A stretch of 64,000 nucleotides of DNA from a virus, in the IMG/VR virus record IMGVR_UViG_3300017783_000001, one strand, 5' to 3'. The position numbers and the translations under genes were made by a program. This document shows positions 19,530-28,685 of the stretch, in pieces (position 1 is the first letter of the stretch; every line of letters starts with the position of its first letter). The notes beneath the pieces are model-generated. The model was not told where the DNA came from, made no database searches, and saw only the letters and a list, made by a program, of their open reading frames with translations.

Positions 19530-19976
19530 TTACTTAATTTTGATTGTTCTAGGTTTTTTACTATCTGGAACAATCTTCTCTAAACTGACTTTTAAAAGTC
19601 CGTCTTTGAGTTCAGCACCTTTGATTTCTACATCATCAGCGATTGTGAAAGACCTACTAAAATGTCTTTTCGCAATACCTTTGTGTAAAACTTCAGGTCC
19701 TTTTTTATCACTCTCTTCTTTATGTAAAGATTTGATAGATAAAACACTATCAGCATAATCAACAGAAACATCTGATTTAGAATATCCTGCTAATGCTAAT
19801 TCAATATCGTAAGTAAAGTCTCCAGTCTTTACGATATTATATGGTGGAAAGTTTGGGACTCTATTACCGAAGTCTGTAGTATCTAACATAGTTTCAAAAC
19901 TATTAAATACATCATCAAACCCTACGGTCATAGGTCTTAAATTGTTAAAAAATGAAATTGCTCTGTGATTGGTCAT
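19530..19976 (-). CDS. hsp20: Small heat-shock protein (IbpA-like)
   Basis: FPPYNI, IELALAG, HKGIAKRHF, AELKDGLL, C-terminal IKI. Confidence 0.95.
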   Translation of the reverse strand: MTNHRAISFFNNLRPMTVGFDDVFNSFETMLDTTDFGNRVPNFPPYNIVKTGDFTYDIELALAGYSKSDVSVDYADSVLSIKSLHKEESDKKGPEVLHKGIAKRHFSRSFTIADDVEIKGAELKDGLLKVSLEKIVPDSKKPRTIKIK

Positions 19977-20037
19977 TATGAACCTCCTTATTAGTAAGCA
20001 AAGTTAATGTTAAGAGAACCCATTATGGCGTTCTCAT
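19977..20037 (-). promoter_or_regulatory. ROSE-like RNA thermometer in the hsp20 5' UTR
   Basis: CUUUGCUUA pairs with UAAGGAGG (SD) with a bulged G; upstream hairpin GAGAAC-G-CCAU-A-AUGG-GUUCUC. Confidence 0.65.
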
Positions 20038-20040
20038 AGT

Positions 20041-20072
20041 TATTTATATAATCATTATATCTCATTTGTCAA
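20041..20072 (-). promoter_or_regulatory. Overlapping sigma70 (-35 TTGACA) and late (TATAAATA) promoter for hsp20
   Basis: tgtcaa at 20067-72; tatttata at 20041-48. Confidence 0.7.
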
Positions 20073-20089
20073 GTCTTTCAAATAAATTA

Positions 20090-20280
20090 AGTGGTGGTTT
20101 CTTTTAATTGTGTACCACCAAAACAATCAGCGCTTTAGGTTCAGAATTTAGAGAGCAGAACCAGAGGTAACTTAATACCTAACTTACTCTAGCGACACCG
20201 TATTTAATGTTCTATCTACATTGGGTAATTACGGCACCCTATATCCTCTAATAGGTCTTATGAATTGCCTATCAGTATTA
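20090..20280 (-). ncRNA. Putative structured ncRNA between rpsU and hsp20
   Basis: At least five short inverted repeats in a non-coding gap; no family recognised; strand assumed from flanking genes. Confidence 0.4.
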
Positions 20281-20317
20281 TATATACACTCACAATCGGT
20301 GAGGAGGATAATTCCAT

Positions 20318-20527
20318 CTAAAAGCCTCTTTGTGCTTTTAATTTCTTTTGTTTCTTCTTCCAGGCAGCAGCCATTTCTTTATTCTTACGGATCCTTTTAT
20401 CACTAGGTTTCTCGTAATATTGTCTTTGGCGTATCTCCTTGACTAGTCCTTCTTTAGCAACTTTTTTCTTAAGCACTCTCATTGCTTGTTCCAAGTTACC
20501 ATTACGAACGGTTACAAGTATACTCAA
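20318..20527 (-). CDS. rpsU: Ribosomal protein bS21
   Basis: VRNGNLEQAMRVLKKK, RQYYEKPS. Confidence 0.92.
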   Translation of the reverse strand: MSILVTVRNGNLEQAMRVLKKKVAKEGLVKEIRQRQYYEKPSDKRIRKNKEMAAAWKKKQKKLKAQRGF

Positions 20528-20529
20528 AC

Positions 20530-20805
20530 TTATTTACCTCCTTTCAAGGTATTGTCTTCACTACTCATTAATAATATAACATAATGGATTGCTTTCAGCA
20601 AATCCTTTCTGTTTCTTCCTGCTTTCTTACCATACCTGCAAAGATACTTAATAGCATTTGCTTGGCAAAAATCTTTATCTACATTCAAGTGTCTTAACAT
20701 ATCTTGCACTTGAAAACCATCTTTGGTTGTACTATAATGTTCACCATATGTGCTTTCAACATATGTTTTAATTTCTTTTATAATTTTATCTTCATTGTAT
20801 TTCAT
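20530..20805 (-). CDS. DUF3310-like protein (putative nucleotide kinase family)
   Basis: HY...ANAIKYLCRYGKKAG..DLLKAIHY; start moved to 20805 downstream of late promoter TATAAATA (20817-24). Confidence 0.7.
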   Translation of the reverse strand: MKYNEDKIIKEIKTYVESTYGEHYSTTKDGFQVQDMLRHLNVDKDFCQANAIKYLCRYGKKAGRNRKDLLKAIHYVILLMSSEDNTLKGGK

Positions 20806-20840
20806 AATGTACCTTCTATTTATATTCAAATTACTAGTGT

Positions 20841-20873
20841 AAAAAATGGAGAGAGGCCACTACACCTCTCCCC
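20841..20873 (-). terminator. Rho-independent terminator after the cobS-like gene
   Basis: GGGGAGAGG-TGTAGTGG-CCTCTCTCC then ATTTTTT. Confidence 0.75.
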
Positions 20874-20898
20874 AAGGACCACACTATGAATAGATTTA

Positions 20899-22152
20899 TT
20901 AGACGAAGTCCTCTTCGGATTCGTCATCTTCCTCACTATCATTGGACATCATTTGTTCCTTTAATGCTGTGTCTTTCTGCTCTTGAGCAATACTCTCGGC
21001 AGTAGCACCGGCATCCACTTTCGTGTACAAGTCAACAAAAGAAGCTTTTGTATCGTTATCAAATCTATTAGTACATAGTTCAATCGCCTTCATCTTATTT
21101 CCAAAGATTGAATAAGCTTGTACAATGTGTACTAATCTTCTTGTACTGATAATCTCATCAACCCCACCGTCAAAGTAGGTCTTTCTGATTACATCAGCCC
21201 AAGTTGATAACTTCTCAACATACTGAACATCTTTCTTACCTGATTGAGCAAGAGTGTTGTTAAGTATTTTTTGTTCAGTTTTAGCAGATGGATACTGCTG
21301 TTCAAAGGTAACTGGAAATCTTTCTAGGAAAGCTTCGTTCAGTATGTTAGTACCGATAAACTTACCATCATCACTTCCTTGACCTTTAGTATTAGCAGTA
21401 GCGACTACATTGAAACCAGCACTTGGTTTAACGAATTTGTTAATCTTCTTAACATAAACTCCGTTACCTTCAAGGATTGGTTGTAGACACATAATCTTGT
21501 TAGAAGCAAGGTCAACTTCATCAAGGAGCAATATTGCACCTCTCTCCATCGCCTCAATAACAGGACCATTCTGCCAAACGGTTTGACCGTCTCTTAATCT
21601 GTAACCTCCAAGTAAATCATCTTCATCGGTTTCAATTGTAATGTTTACTCTTATCAGTTCTCTCTTTGCCTCAGCGGCAGCTTGAACAACTGAAAAAGTT
21701 TTACCATTACCAGATAGACCGGTTATGAATATTGGATAAAATTGTTTTGACTTAACAATGTTTCTAACATCAGGATGATTTCCGAAAGGAACGAAAGTAG
21801 CGTCTTTGTTCGGAACAAGGTTATCAACTAAAGACGAAACAACATACGCAGCTTCAGAAACTTTAGTAGTCTCTTCAACTTTTGGTATTGTTGGTGTTTC
21901 AGTTGCCTTATCATTTAAGACATTAGGCATTGTAATTGGAGTAGCAGTTGGCACTTCGCCATTCGTAGGAATCTTATAAGTTCCTCTGCCTACTCTTAAC
22001 TCTGGATTCCTAACTAACCATTGTGGTTTGAAATTCATACCGAGAGATTTAGATACTGATAATAATTCTGCATTATCTAAAGTATCTTTTTTCGGAAACA
22101 TCTTTGTACAAGCGTTTACGAATTCTTGTTGTTTTTCATTTAGTGTTATCAT
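20899..22152 (-). CDS. cobS: CobS-like MoxR AAA+ ATPase
   Basis: GLSGNGKT, LLLDEVD, ATANTKG, NEAFLERF, ISTRRL; start MITLN after AAGGA. Confidence 0.9.
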   Translation of the reverse strand: MITLNEKQQEFVNACTKMFPKKDTLDNAELLSVSKSLGMNFKPQWLVRNPELRVGRGTYKIPTNGEVPTATPITMPNVLNDKATETPTIPKVEETTKVSEAAYVVSSLVDNLVPNKDATFVPFGNHPDVRNIVKSKQFYPIFITGLSGNGKTFSVVQAAAEAKRELIRVNITIETDEDDLLGGYRLRDGQTVWQNGPVIEAMERGAILLLDEVDLASNKIMCLQPILEGNGVYVKKINKFVKPSAGFNVVATANTKGQGSDDGKFIGTNILNEAFLERFPVTFEQQYPSAKTEQKILNNTLAQSGKKDVQYVEKLSTWADVIRKTYFDGGVDEIISTRRLVHIVQAYSIFGNKMKAIELCTNRFDNDTKASFVDLYTKVDAGATAESIAQEQKDTALKEQMMSNDSEEDDESEEDFV

Positions 22153-22184
22153 AGTGTTTTCCTTTTGTTTCATTTTATACAAGT

Positions 22185-22213
22185 ATTATACCACACTTAA
22201 AAGCATATGTCAA
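22185..22213 (-). promoter_or_regulatory. Perfect sigma70 promoter TTGACA-17-TATAAT with extended TG
   Basis: Exact consensus; shares flanking motif with the 24612-24640 promoter. Confidence 0.85.
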
Positions 22214-22272
22214 GCGAAAAGTGAGCATTTTTTCATTTTTTTTTACTAAGGTTTTCAACGATTTCTCCCCCA

Positions 22273-24579
22273 TTAGGCAACCTGTCTGATAAATTTACTT
22301 AACAGCACTCTGGATACCGTTCTGGATTTCATTGATTTGGTAAATATTCTCTTAATATCACCTTTCTTAGCGTCTTCTTTTAACTCATTAAGGTCAGAAT
22401 TTTGTACTGACATATCCTTACCATTAATAAGATAAAATTCATTGTAACCGTTTTGAGATACAGCAACTGATTTGTTTTTTGAAAACTCTTTTTTCAATTG
22501 CATTGTTTTTTGTTCTCTCAAAGACCAATCTTTTATGTGTTCAAGTCCAAGGTATCTTTCAAACTCCCAACTTCTTCTAGTCTTAACAATAAAGAAACCG
22601 ATAGTTGTAATACCATATTTCTTTTTAAGTCCTTGAAGTAATAAAGCAGTTGTATTACCTTTAGTCTTAATATACTTACTACCAATTTTTAGTAATGCTG
22701 TCTTACCGTAACCGTCTCTTTTGACAGCAAGTCCATCTTCTGTATTAGTGTAAGTAGACTTGTTATCATTATTTGAGTGACCATCGGTCAATGTAATTAA
22801 TGACATTTTTTCTACTTGATACTTTTGTTTGAACATTGGAATAATCTTATTCATTGCAGCCAAACTTTCATTCAACGGTGTAGAAGAAAGACAAAATGCT
22901 CTTGGAGGATATAGATACTCAACATATCCGTCTCTTCTCCAGTTTCTATTATCTGAATAATGTTTAGCATATGACCACAAGAACATCATAGATTGCTCAA
23001 GGTCTGTTTTCTTTAATGTATGAGAAGCAACTTCTACTAGATTAAAGTCATCAAAGTGAGCGTTACCAACATTATAATTAAATGACTTTCTTGCTTTTCT
23101 AATTTCGTCTCTTTTCATCCAGTTGTAATCATCATCACTATCAATCTTGTCAGCAAAGAAATAAACTTTGAATGGAATATTGATTTGTTTTACAAACCAA
23201 ACTAGTTGACATAATTGTTCAACCGTTTTGTCAATAATAGGTGCCATACTTCCTGACCAATCAAGTAATAAAATCATACCGTGGTTTTTAGCGTCAGGAA
23301 TAACAGACATTCTTTTGAAAATATCTTCTGAAAATTTGTAGTCTTTTAGTTTAAGAGGATCCAAGATACCAGTTTTATCGGTAGTCATTCTCTTATAACC
23401 ATCAGCAGACTTTTTCATTTCAAATTCTTTTACAAGGTACTGAATAGTTTTTTTACTATCTCTATGGAATGTTTTAAATCTTTCCATATTGTCTTTATAT
23501 GTGTGAGTATAGTTTTGAGCATTTTTAATATTTCTATTTAACCATTGTTTAGTTGGAATAATAATGTCATCAAGGTTACTATCAGGTAAAGTCATATATG
23601 AATAACCTCTATGTTCGGTATTCACATAATCTTTTTTAGTATTCTGTTCGGCACTCTCACTAGTAATAGACTTCAAAGGCATATTGATTTTTACATCTTT
23701 ACCACCTGCACCGTCTGGATTAGCGTGTTGGTCTTTTACACTAGAAGATTTATCTTCTTTGTCTTCGCCGTCTCCGTTGTTCTTGTTTTCTCCGTCTTCT
23801 GATTTTGATGAGTTGTCTCCTTCTTCTTTTGAAGATTTGTTTCCGTCTTGTTTATTTTCTCCACTCTCCGTCTCTTCGTTAGATTGGTCAGACGATTGAG
23901 ATTGAGAAGGTGATTGTGAATTTCCATCAGTTTCTTGTTCCTTTTCTTTTTGTCCGTATGCTTTCACTAGAGGGTGATTATCAAAGTCAGGAAGTTTAGA
24001 TAAATTCTCGTTCATCTTCTTCTGCCAATCAGCAAGTCTCTTAGCAAGTTCAACAACATCTTTGTAAGTTTTAATTTTTTCTACTTCAGCAAACCAAGTC
24101 TTATCAATATCTGATAAATCAAATGATAATGTTTCAGATGATTTGTAAAAAAGGTTAATCTTGTCAATTAACATTAAGTCTGTATTTAAATTTTTGTCTG
24201 AACAACCAAAGAAGTTATCAGCCCATAAGATTTTGAAACCGTCTTGGTAGTCGGCAACTACACCAGGATATTGTTTCTTAATAATTTTGTCAATTCTGCA
24301 ATCTTCTAATACATTGATATAATCTCTAATATCACCATTCTCTTCTACTGATTTTTTCCAACCTTTTTGAGGAGTATGTAAAGCGTGGGCAACTTCGTGG
24401 GCAATCAACATATCGTAAACTGCACCTTTTGGATTTTTGAAAACTGGAATAGTAAGTACCCTATCTTCTAAATTAAAAGAAGCGGTCTGTACATTGTCGT
24501 GTTGTACTTGTAGATTTTCTGTTGCTAATAATTTAGCAAGTCCTGATTTTGCGTCAAAATTTATAGTAGTGTTTTTCAT
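22273..24579 (-). CDS. CobT-like metallopeptidase + vWA partner of the MoxR ATPase
   Basis: HEVAH zincin motif, acidic low-complexity linker, MIDAS LDWSGS...TPL...TDG. Confidence 0.85.
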   Translation of the reverse strand: MKNTTINFDAKSGLAKLLATENLQVQHDNVQTASFNLEDRVLTIPVFKNPKGAVYDMLIAHEVAHALHTPQKGWKKSVEENGDIRDYINVLEDCRIDKIIKKQYPGVVADYQDGFKILWADNFFGCSDKNLNTDLMLIDKINLFYKSSETLSFDLSDIDKTWFAEVEKIKTYKDVVELAKRLADWQKKMNENLSKLPDFDNHPLVKAYGQKEKEQETDGNSQSPSQSQSSDQSNEETESGENKQDGNKSSKEEGDNSSKSEDGENKNNGDGEDKEDKSSSVKDQHANPDGAGGKDVKINMPLKSITSESAEQNTKKDYVNTEHRGYSYMTLPDSNLDDIIIPTKQWLNRNIKNAQNYTHTYKDNMERFKTFHRDSKKTIQYLVKEFEMKKSADGYKRMTTDKTGILDPLKLKDYKFSEDIFKRMSVIPDAKNHGMILLLDWSGSMAPIIDKTVEQLCQLVWFVKQINIPFKVYFFADKIDSDDDYNWMKRDEIRKARKSFNYNVGNAHFDDFNLVEVASHTLKKTDLEQSMMFLWSYAKHYSDNRNWRRDGYVEYLYPPRAFCLSSTPLNESLAAMNKIIPMFKQKYQVEKMSLITLTDGHSNNDNKSTYTNTEDGLAVKRDGYGKTALLKIGSKYIKTKGNTTALLLQGLKKKYGITTIGFFIVKTRRSWEFERYLGLEHIKDWSLREQKTMQLKKEFSKNKSVAVSQNGYNEFYLINGKDMSVQNSDLNELKEDAKKGDIKRIFTKSMKSRTVSRVLLSKFIRQVA

Positions 24580-24611
24580 TAGTGTTGCCTTTTGTTTCAT
24601 TTAATATATAC

Positions 24612-24640
24612 ATAATACCATAGTTCGTAGCATATGTCAA
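24612..24640 (-). promoter_or_regulatory. Sigma70 promoter TTGACA-17-TATTAT with upstream palindrome GAGCAT-N-ATGCTC (24650-62)
   Basis: Consensus boxes, extended TG, adjacent inverted repeat. Confidence 0.8.
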
Positions 24641-24807
24641 GCACTTTCCGAGCATTATGCTCATTTTTTTCACTTTTTTTATCCGTATGGAATATAGGGT
24701 TTTGTGTATATCTTATCAATTTCTGCTAAAATCGTCAAAAAACGAGGGGCTAGGAGGGCGGACAAGAGGGTTTAGGGAGCTCCCGTGAGTGTTAGTATCT
24801 GCCGGAT

Positions 24808-25956
24808 TTAGGGTTTTTGTAGTATAAAGACTGGCTCGTATTTAGCGCCACTCTCTTGTGATGATAGTTGAAGCTTGTATGTATCAGTATGTTTGAAGCC
24901 TTCCTCAACTGCGATTCGCACCGTATCGTCTTCAAAGGTTTTATGTGATTTGATATTCGCTACATTCAATCCCATAAACTTACCTGGTTTCAATCCTTGA
25001 TAAACATTCTTAATAGTCTCTCGTAAGAAGCCATTGTTCCAATCTTCGTTAGTGCTGAAGTTTTTAAATGATTGTTCAGCGTCATCACTATATTGTTCCC
25101 AATTGAAATACGGTGGACTTGTAAATGCAAAGTCTAGTGTATTCTCTTTAGGTTTAAATGTTTCACTACCTTGTTTATTTAAGAAGTAGTGTCTATTAGG
25201 ATTAGCGTGATTTGCTTTAATTTCTGTTAGTCCTTTAAATGTCAATGTCGCTGGGTCTGTACCTACATAGTTAATATCTGAAATCATTGCACCAAGTATA
25301 CGACCACCATAACCCATACTCATATCCCAGACTAGTTCTCCAGGTTGCATAAAGTTTTGATATAAACAAGCAGCTGCTGTTGGTCTGAAATTAGATACAC
25401 ATTGAGTACCTGTATATCTTCTTAATAGACTTCGCATTGTACTTTCTGCTTTGTGTTTTGCTTGGTCGCTTGTATGTGTCTCATTACCATAGATGTCATA
25501 TGAAATAGGTTTCAATTGATTTACTGAATACTTACCAAAGAAAGAACCAGTTAATAGTTTCTTAATACCTTTCTTAAAGTGTTCTTCGTTCTCATATATC
25601 TCCATAGGAGTTTTCATCTTACCACATCTAATACCAAAACTATGTGGCATATAAGACCAAGCAAGTGATAGACCTTCTTGGTGTGGTTTGATTACTTTAT
25701 CTTGTGTCAATAAATCTTTACAATTTACAGCAGATAGTTTAGCAAACTTTTCTTTTCTCCATTGTTCGTCTACAGAATAATAAGGAAAGCCTCTAGTCTG
25801 CCAATACTCATAGACTTCATCTATGTTTCTTTCTAGTTCAGCTTCATCGGTTACAACACCTTTGAGATTACCTTTACTTGTGATATTCTCTTCGCCTTGT
25901 ATGTCAACAAACGCTTCTAGTGAAGCACTACCTTTTGTATCTGTAAGTTTTTTCAT
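24808..25956 (-). CDS. Amino DNA methyltransferase (same family as 8485-9717)
   Basis: VSNFRPTAA, WDMSMGYGGR, FTSPPYF. Confidence 0.8.
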   Translation of the reverse strand: MKKLTDTKGSASLEAFVDIQGEENITSKGNLKGVVTDEAELERNIDEVYEYWQTRGFPYYSVDEQWRKEKFAKLSAVNCKDLLTQDKVIKPHQEGLSLAWSYMPHSFGIRCGKMKTPMEIYENEEHFKKGIKKLLTGSFFGKYSVNQLKPISYDIYGNETHTSDQAKHKAESTMRSLLRRYTGTQCVSNFRPTAAACLYQNFMQPGELVWDMSMGYGGRILGAMISDINYVGTDPATLTFKGLTEIKANHANPNRHYFLNKQGSETFKPKENTLDFAFTSPPYFNWEQYSDDAEQSFKNFSTNEDWNNGFLRETIKNVYQGLKPGKFMGLNVANIKSHKTFEDDTVRIAVEEGFKHTDTYKLQLSSQESGAKYEPVFILQKP

Positions 25957-25959
25957 ATT

Positions 25960-26262
25960 CTATTGTCCACTCATATCTGATTTACCGGTGCCTTTAGGTC
26001 CATTTACTGGAACTTTGTCACCATATTCTACGGTTGCATTGCCGTAGGCTTCTTGTTGTCTTATAGAAGTTAAATCAGGAAGAGGTGCTGTACCTTTGTC
26101 TTTACCGGATTCTACTTCTTGTTTATTAAATCTAGGTTTTCCTGATTTGTCTAAACTGCCGACATTCAATGGAAATCCAGGTCTTAACTTCTCTACTTTG
26201 CCACCTCTTTTTAAAAACTCTTCAACGGTTTCTTTTTTCATAGGTATTTCTTTTTGTACCAC
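25960..26262 (-). CDS. Hypothetical protein
   Basis: ETVEEFLKRGGKVEK motif typical of small phage proteins. Confidence 0.6.
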   Translation of the reverse strand: MVQKEIPMKKETVEEFLKRGGKVEKLRPGFPLNVGSLDKSGKPRFNKQEVESGKDKGTAPLPDLTSIRQQEAYGNATVEYGDKVPVNGPKGTGKSDMSGQ

Positions 26263-26387
26263 GCATAGAATCTTTTATCAGTAAAGTATTCTGCAATCGC
26301 ATTAGCAGGAACTTGGTCACTTCTAATACAATCTGCTACATCCTGATAGTCTGTTATATCTACTTTGTGTTGTGTTTTCATTTTCAT
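26238..26387 (-). CDS. Hypothetical protein (49 aa)
   Basis: MKMKTQHKV...DCIRSDQVPA...; start shortened because a separate ORF occupies 26389-26547. Confidence 0.55.
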   Translation of the reverse strand: MKMKTQHKVDITDYQDVADCIRSDQVPANAIAEYFTDKRFYAWYKKKYL

Positions 26388-26388
26388 A

Positions 26389-26547
26389 TTACTTAATGTT
26401 ATTAGTGTTCTTCTTCTTTTTTCCTTCTCGTAGGATTCGTCCATAATTAGGCCACCCAAACTTATCAGGACTTTCGCCAACATATCGCCAACGAATAACA
26501 CCTGTGTTTGGATTCCTTTCGTATATTTTTTCTTTATTTTTATTCAT
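26389..26547 (-). CDS. Hypothetical protein (52 aa), not in ORF track
   Basis: MNKNKEKIYERNPNTGVIRWRYVGESPDKFGWPNYGRILREGKKKKNTNNIK*; tiles between neighbours. Confidence 0.55.
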   Translation of the reverse strand: MNKNKEKIYERNPNTGVIRWRYVGESPDKFGWPNYGRILREGKKKKNTNNIK

Positions 26548-26557
26548 AGTACTTATT

Positions 26558-27253
26558 CTACACTACTTTCCCAAACTTGTCAAGCAGGTCTAAACGATTA
26601 AAGTATGATTTATCAAAAACCTCTTTGTCTAGTTCAACTCCAATATATTGTCTTCTCATTTCTTTTGCAATCCAAGGTACAATACCACTACCAGCAAATG
26701 GGTCAAATACTATTTGATTCTCTTTTGATAGATAATCAACTATAAGTTTAATAAAATTATCGTTCCACACATATAGATTGAAAGGACCTTTGATATTACC
26801 TAGTCTTTTTGTTTCATATACTAATATATTCTTTAACCAGTCACCACCTCTTTTGATAGTACCTTTCTTTGTAAATACAAGTGTATGTTGATAATTGAAG
26901 TAATACATATCTCTTTTTTCAACAGGTGTATTTCTTACCATTATCTTATAGTCTTTTAATTTAAAACCATTTCTTATCATTGCTTGATGATATGTTATAT
27001 GGTTAGGTAGTATCTCACCATTAATCTTTCTATCTGTTTGAGATATAACTACAAAACCTTCATCTTTCGTAATTCTTGCCATCTGGTCGCAACTTCTATT
27101 TTGAAACTCTTGGTATTGTTCTATGTCTTTACCCCACGGACCTTGTGATATATCAGGTAAACTAGTAAAGGTCAAATCAATACTCTTGTCTGCTACTTTA
27201 GGAAATATATCAAAAGCGTCACCGTGATGAAACTTATTAACTACATCTTTCAT
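26558..27253 (-). CDS. Class-beta methyltransferase with atypical catalytic motif
   Basis: HGDAF, DLTFTSLPD (in place of SPPY/DPPY), VFDPFAGSG, IGVELD. Confidence 0.75.
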   Translation of the reverse strand: MKDVVNKFHHGDAFDIFPKVADKSIDLTFTSLPDISQGPWGKDIEQYQEFQNRSCDQMARITKDEGFVVISQTDRKINGEILPNHITYHQAMIRNGFKLKDYKIMVRNTPVEKRDMYYFNYQHTLVFTKKGTIKRGGDWLKNILVYETKRLGNIKGPFNLYVWNDNFIKLIVDYLSKENQIVFDPFAGSGIVPWIAKEMRRQYIGVELDKEVFDKSYFNRLDLLDKFGKVV

Positions 27254-27789
27254 TTCTTTATCTCCGGTATATAATATGCAAAGTGTATCAATCTTCTATT
27301 CCCACTTCCGTTGTTTGCTCTATGTTCAAATTGAGGCGATTGATTTAACCAGACAAATTGTCCTGGTCTACAGAATATTCTACACTTACTTACACCATAT
27401 GGTATGCCATCTTTATCTAAAATGTCTTCACCTGCAATCTCAATATAGTTTTCATTCATATCGTTACCTTCATCTAGGTATACTAATATGTTTGAATTAA
27501 ATTTATCTCCTGCAACAAAGTCATTATGAAATTCATTATTCTCTTTGGTTACTCCGTTCCACAAACCAGGTTCTTCTGTAAGTTCAAATTTAGGATATGT
27601 TTCTGATATAACTTCTTCTAGTTGTTCTTGTACTTTCTTAATCTCTTGTTTACAATTATCAGGTAGTTTTAAGTCTTCAGGATTGTAATCAATACTAGGA
27701 AACTTTACATCATCAAATAGTTGTACATTAATATCTACATCACCTGTATAAAAACCATCTTTAAAAAATGTTGTCATATCATACTTCAT
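27250..27789 (-). CDS. 2OG-Fe(II) oxygenase
   Basis: FHND...ILVYL...FEHRA...RRLIHF (HxD...H...R). Confidence 0.75.
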   Translation of the reverse strand: MKYDMTTFFKDGFYTGDVDINVQLFDDVKFPSIDYNPEDLKLPDNCKQEIKKVQEQLEEVISETYPKFELTEEPGLWNGVTKENNEFHNDFVAGDKFNSNILVYLDEGNDMNENYIEIAGEDILDKDGIPYGVSKCRIFCRPGQFVWLNQSPQFEHRANNGSGNRRLIHFAYYIPEIKK

Positions 27790-28685
27790 TGTATACCTCC
27801 GGTTATTTCGTGTACTTCACTTTGATTTAGTCTTCTACCAACACACCAGAATACATTAGTACCTTCATATATGTTTATGTTCTCGGTCATCCATTTATGT
27901 GCTTTTGCTTCGTATAAGTCATCTAACATAAATGATTTTTCTTTAGGATAGTACTCTTCTGAATCCGTGTAGTTAGGATTTGTTATCTCCGTTTTCAGAG
28001 GAGTACTATAACTAGTTTTAGGTGTGTGAAATTCAAAAGGATAATCATTTTGTTCTATGCCAAAATAACTTCTTATATTCTTTGTTCTATCAGGTCCTAC
28101 ACCGACACCGATAACTCTTTTTACTTTCTTATTATATTTCTTTAAACCATACATTACTGCTGACATCTGAATACCTACACCACAACTCATAACTAAATTG
28201 TCTATTTCATCTGGTAAGTTTTGCACTTGTTCGCCATTAGTCTCTAACATCAATTCAGGTTCTTCCATAATCCATTTATCAAAAGATGTATAGAAGTATT
28301 TTTCTTTTTCTATAATATCTTTTGTTCTCTTTGCAAGTACACTATTGATACCGTGTCCTGCAACTATTCTTATCTCTCCACCATAGTATTGTGCAAGGTG
28401 CATTATATGGCGTTTTTGTAATGTTTCAGGTTTAGTACCACCAACTGCAAATATTGATTTAAAACCAAACTCTTTTGCAACTCTACTGATAACACTAGCG
28501 GTAGGACTATGTACTGAAACAGATTGTATAACTCCGTTATTGTGTTCATTTTTTATCCTGTCTTTATATTTTTCAAACAAGGCAATCGTTTGTCTCATTT
28601 TGCCACCATTGACATCACCATATGGAGCAAACAAATCGTCTCGTTTATAATATATATTATCGTATTTTTCTATGGGCGTCAGCAT
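27786..28685 (-). CDS. PLP-dependent enzyme (fold type II, ACC deaminase/D-Cys desulfhydrase-like)
   Basis: TPIE...KRDDL...GGKMRQ (PLP Lys), SCGVG phosphate loop, LDDLYEAKA. Confidence 0.8.
   Translation of the reverse strand: MLTPIEKYDNIYYKRDDLFAPYGDVNGGKMRQTIALFEKYKDRIKNEHNNGVIQSVSVHSPTASVISRVAKEFGFKSIFAVGGTKPETLQKRHIMHLAQYYGGEIRIVAGHGINSVLAKRTKDIIEKEKYFYTSFDKWIMEEPELMLETNGEQVQNLPDEIDNLVMSCGVGIQMSAVMYGLKKYNKKVKRVIGVGVGPDRTKNIRSYFGIEQNDYPFEFHTPKTSYSTPLKTEITNPNYTDSEEYYPKEKSFMLDDLYEAKAHKWMTENINIYEGTNVFWCVGRRLNQSEVHEITGGIQ

Noticed and set aside
20899-24579. cobS/cobT as cobalamin biosynthesis auxiliary genes
   Set aside because: MoxR AAA + vWA pairs are common in T4-like phages and no cobN or other cobalamin genes are present; a chaperone-like role is more likely.
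26238-26501. 87-aa ORF as given in the track
   Set aside because: Its 5' part overlaps a better 52-aa ORF (26389-26547) in another frame; the start was reassigned to 26387.
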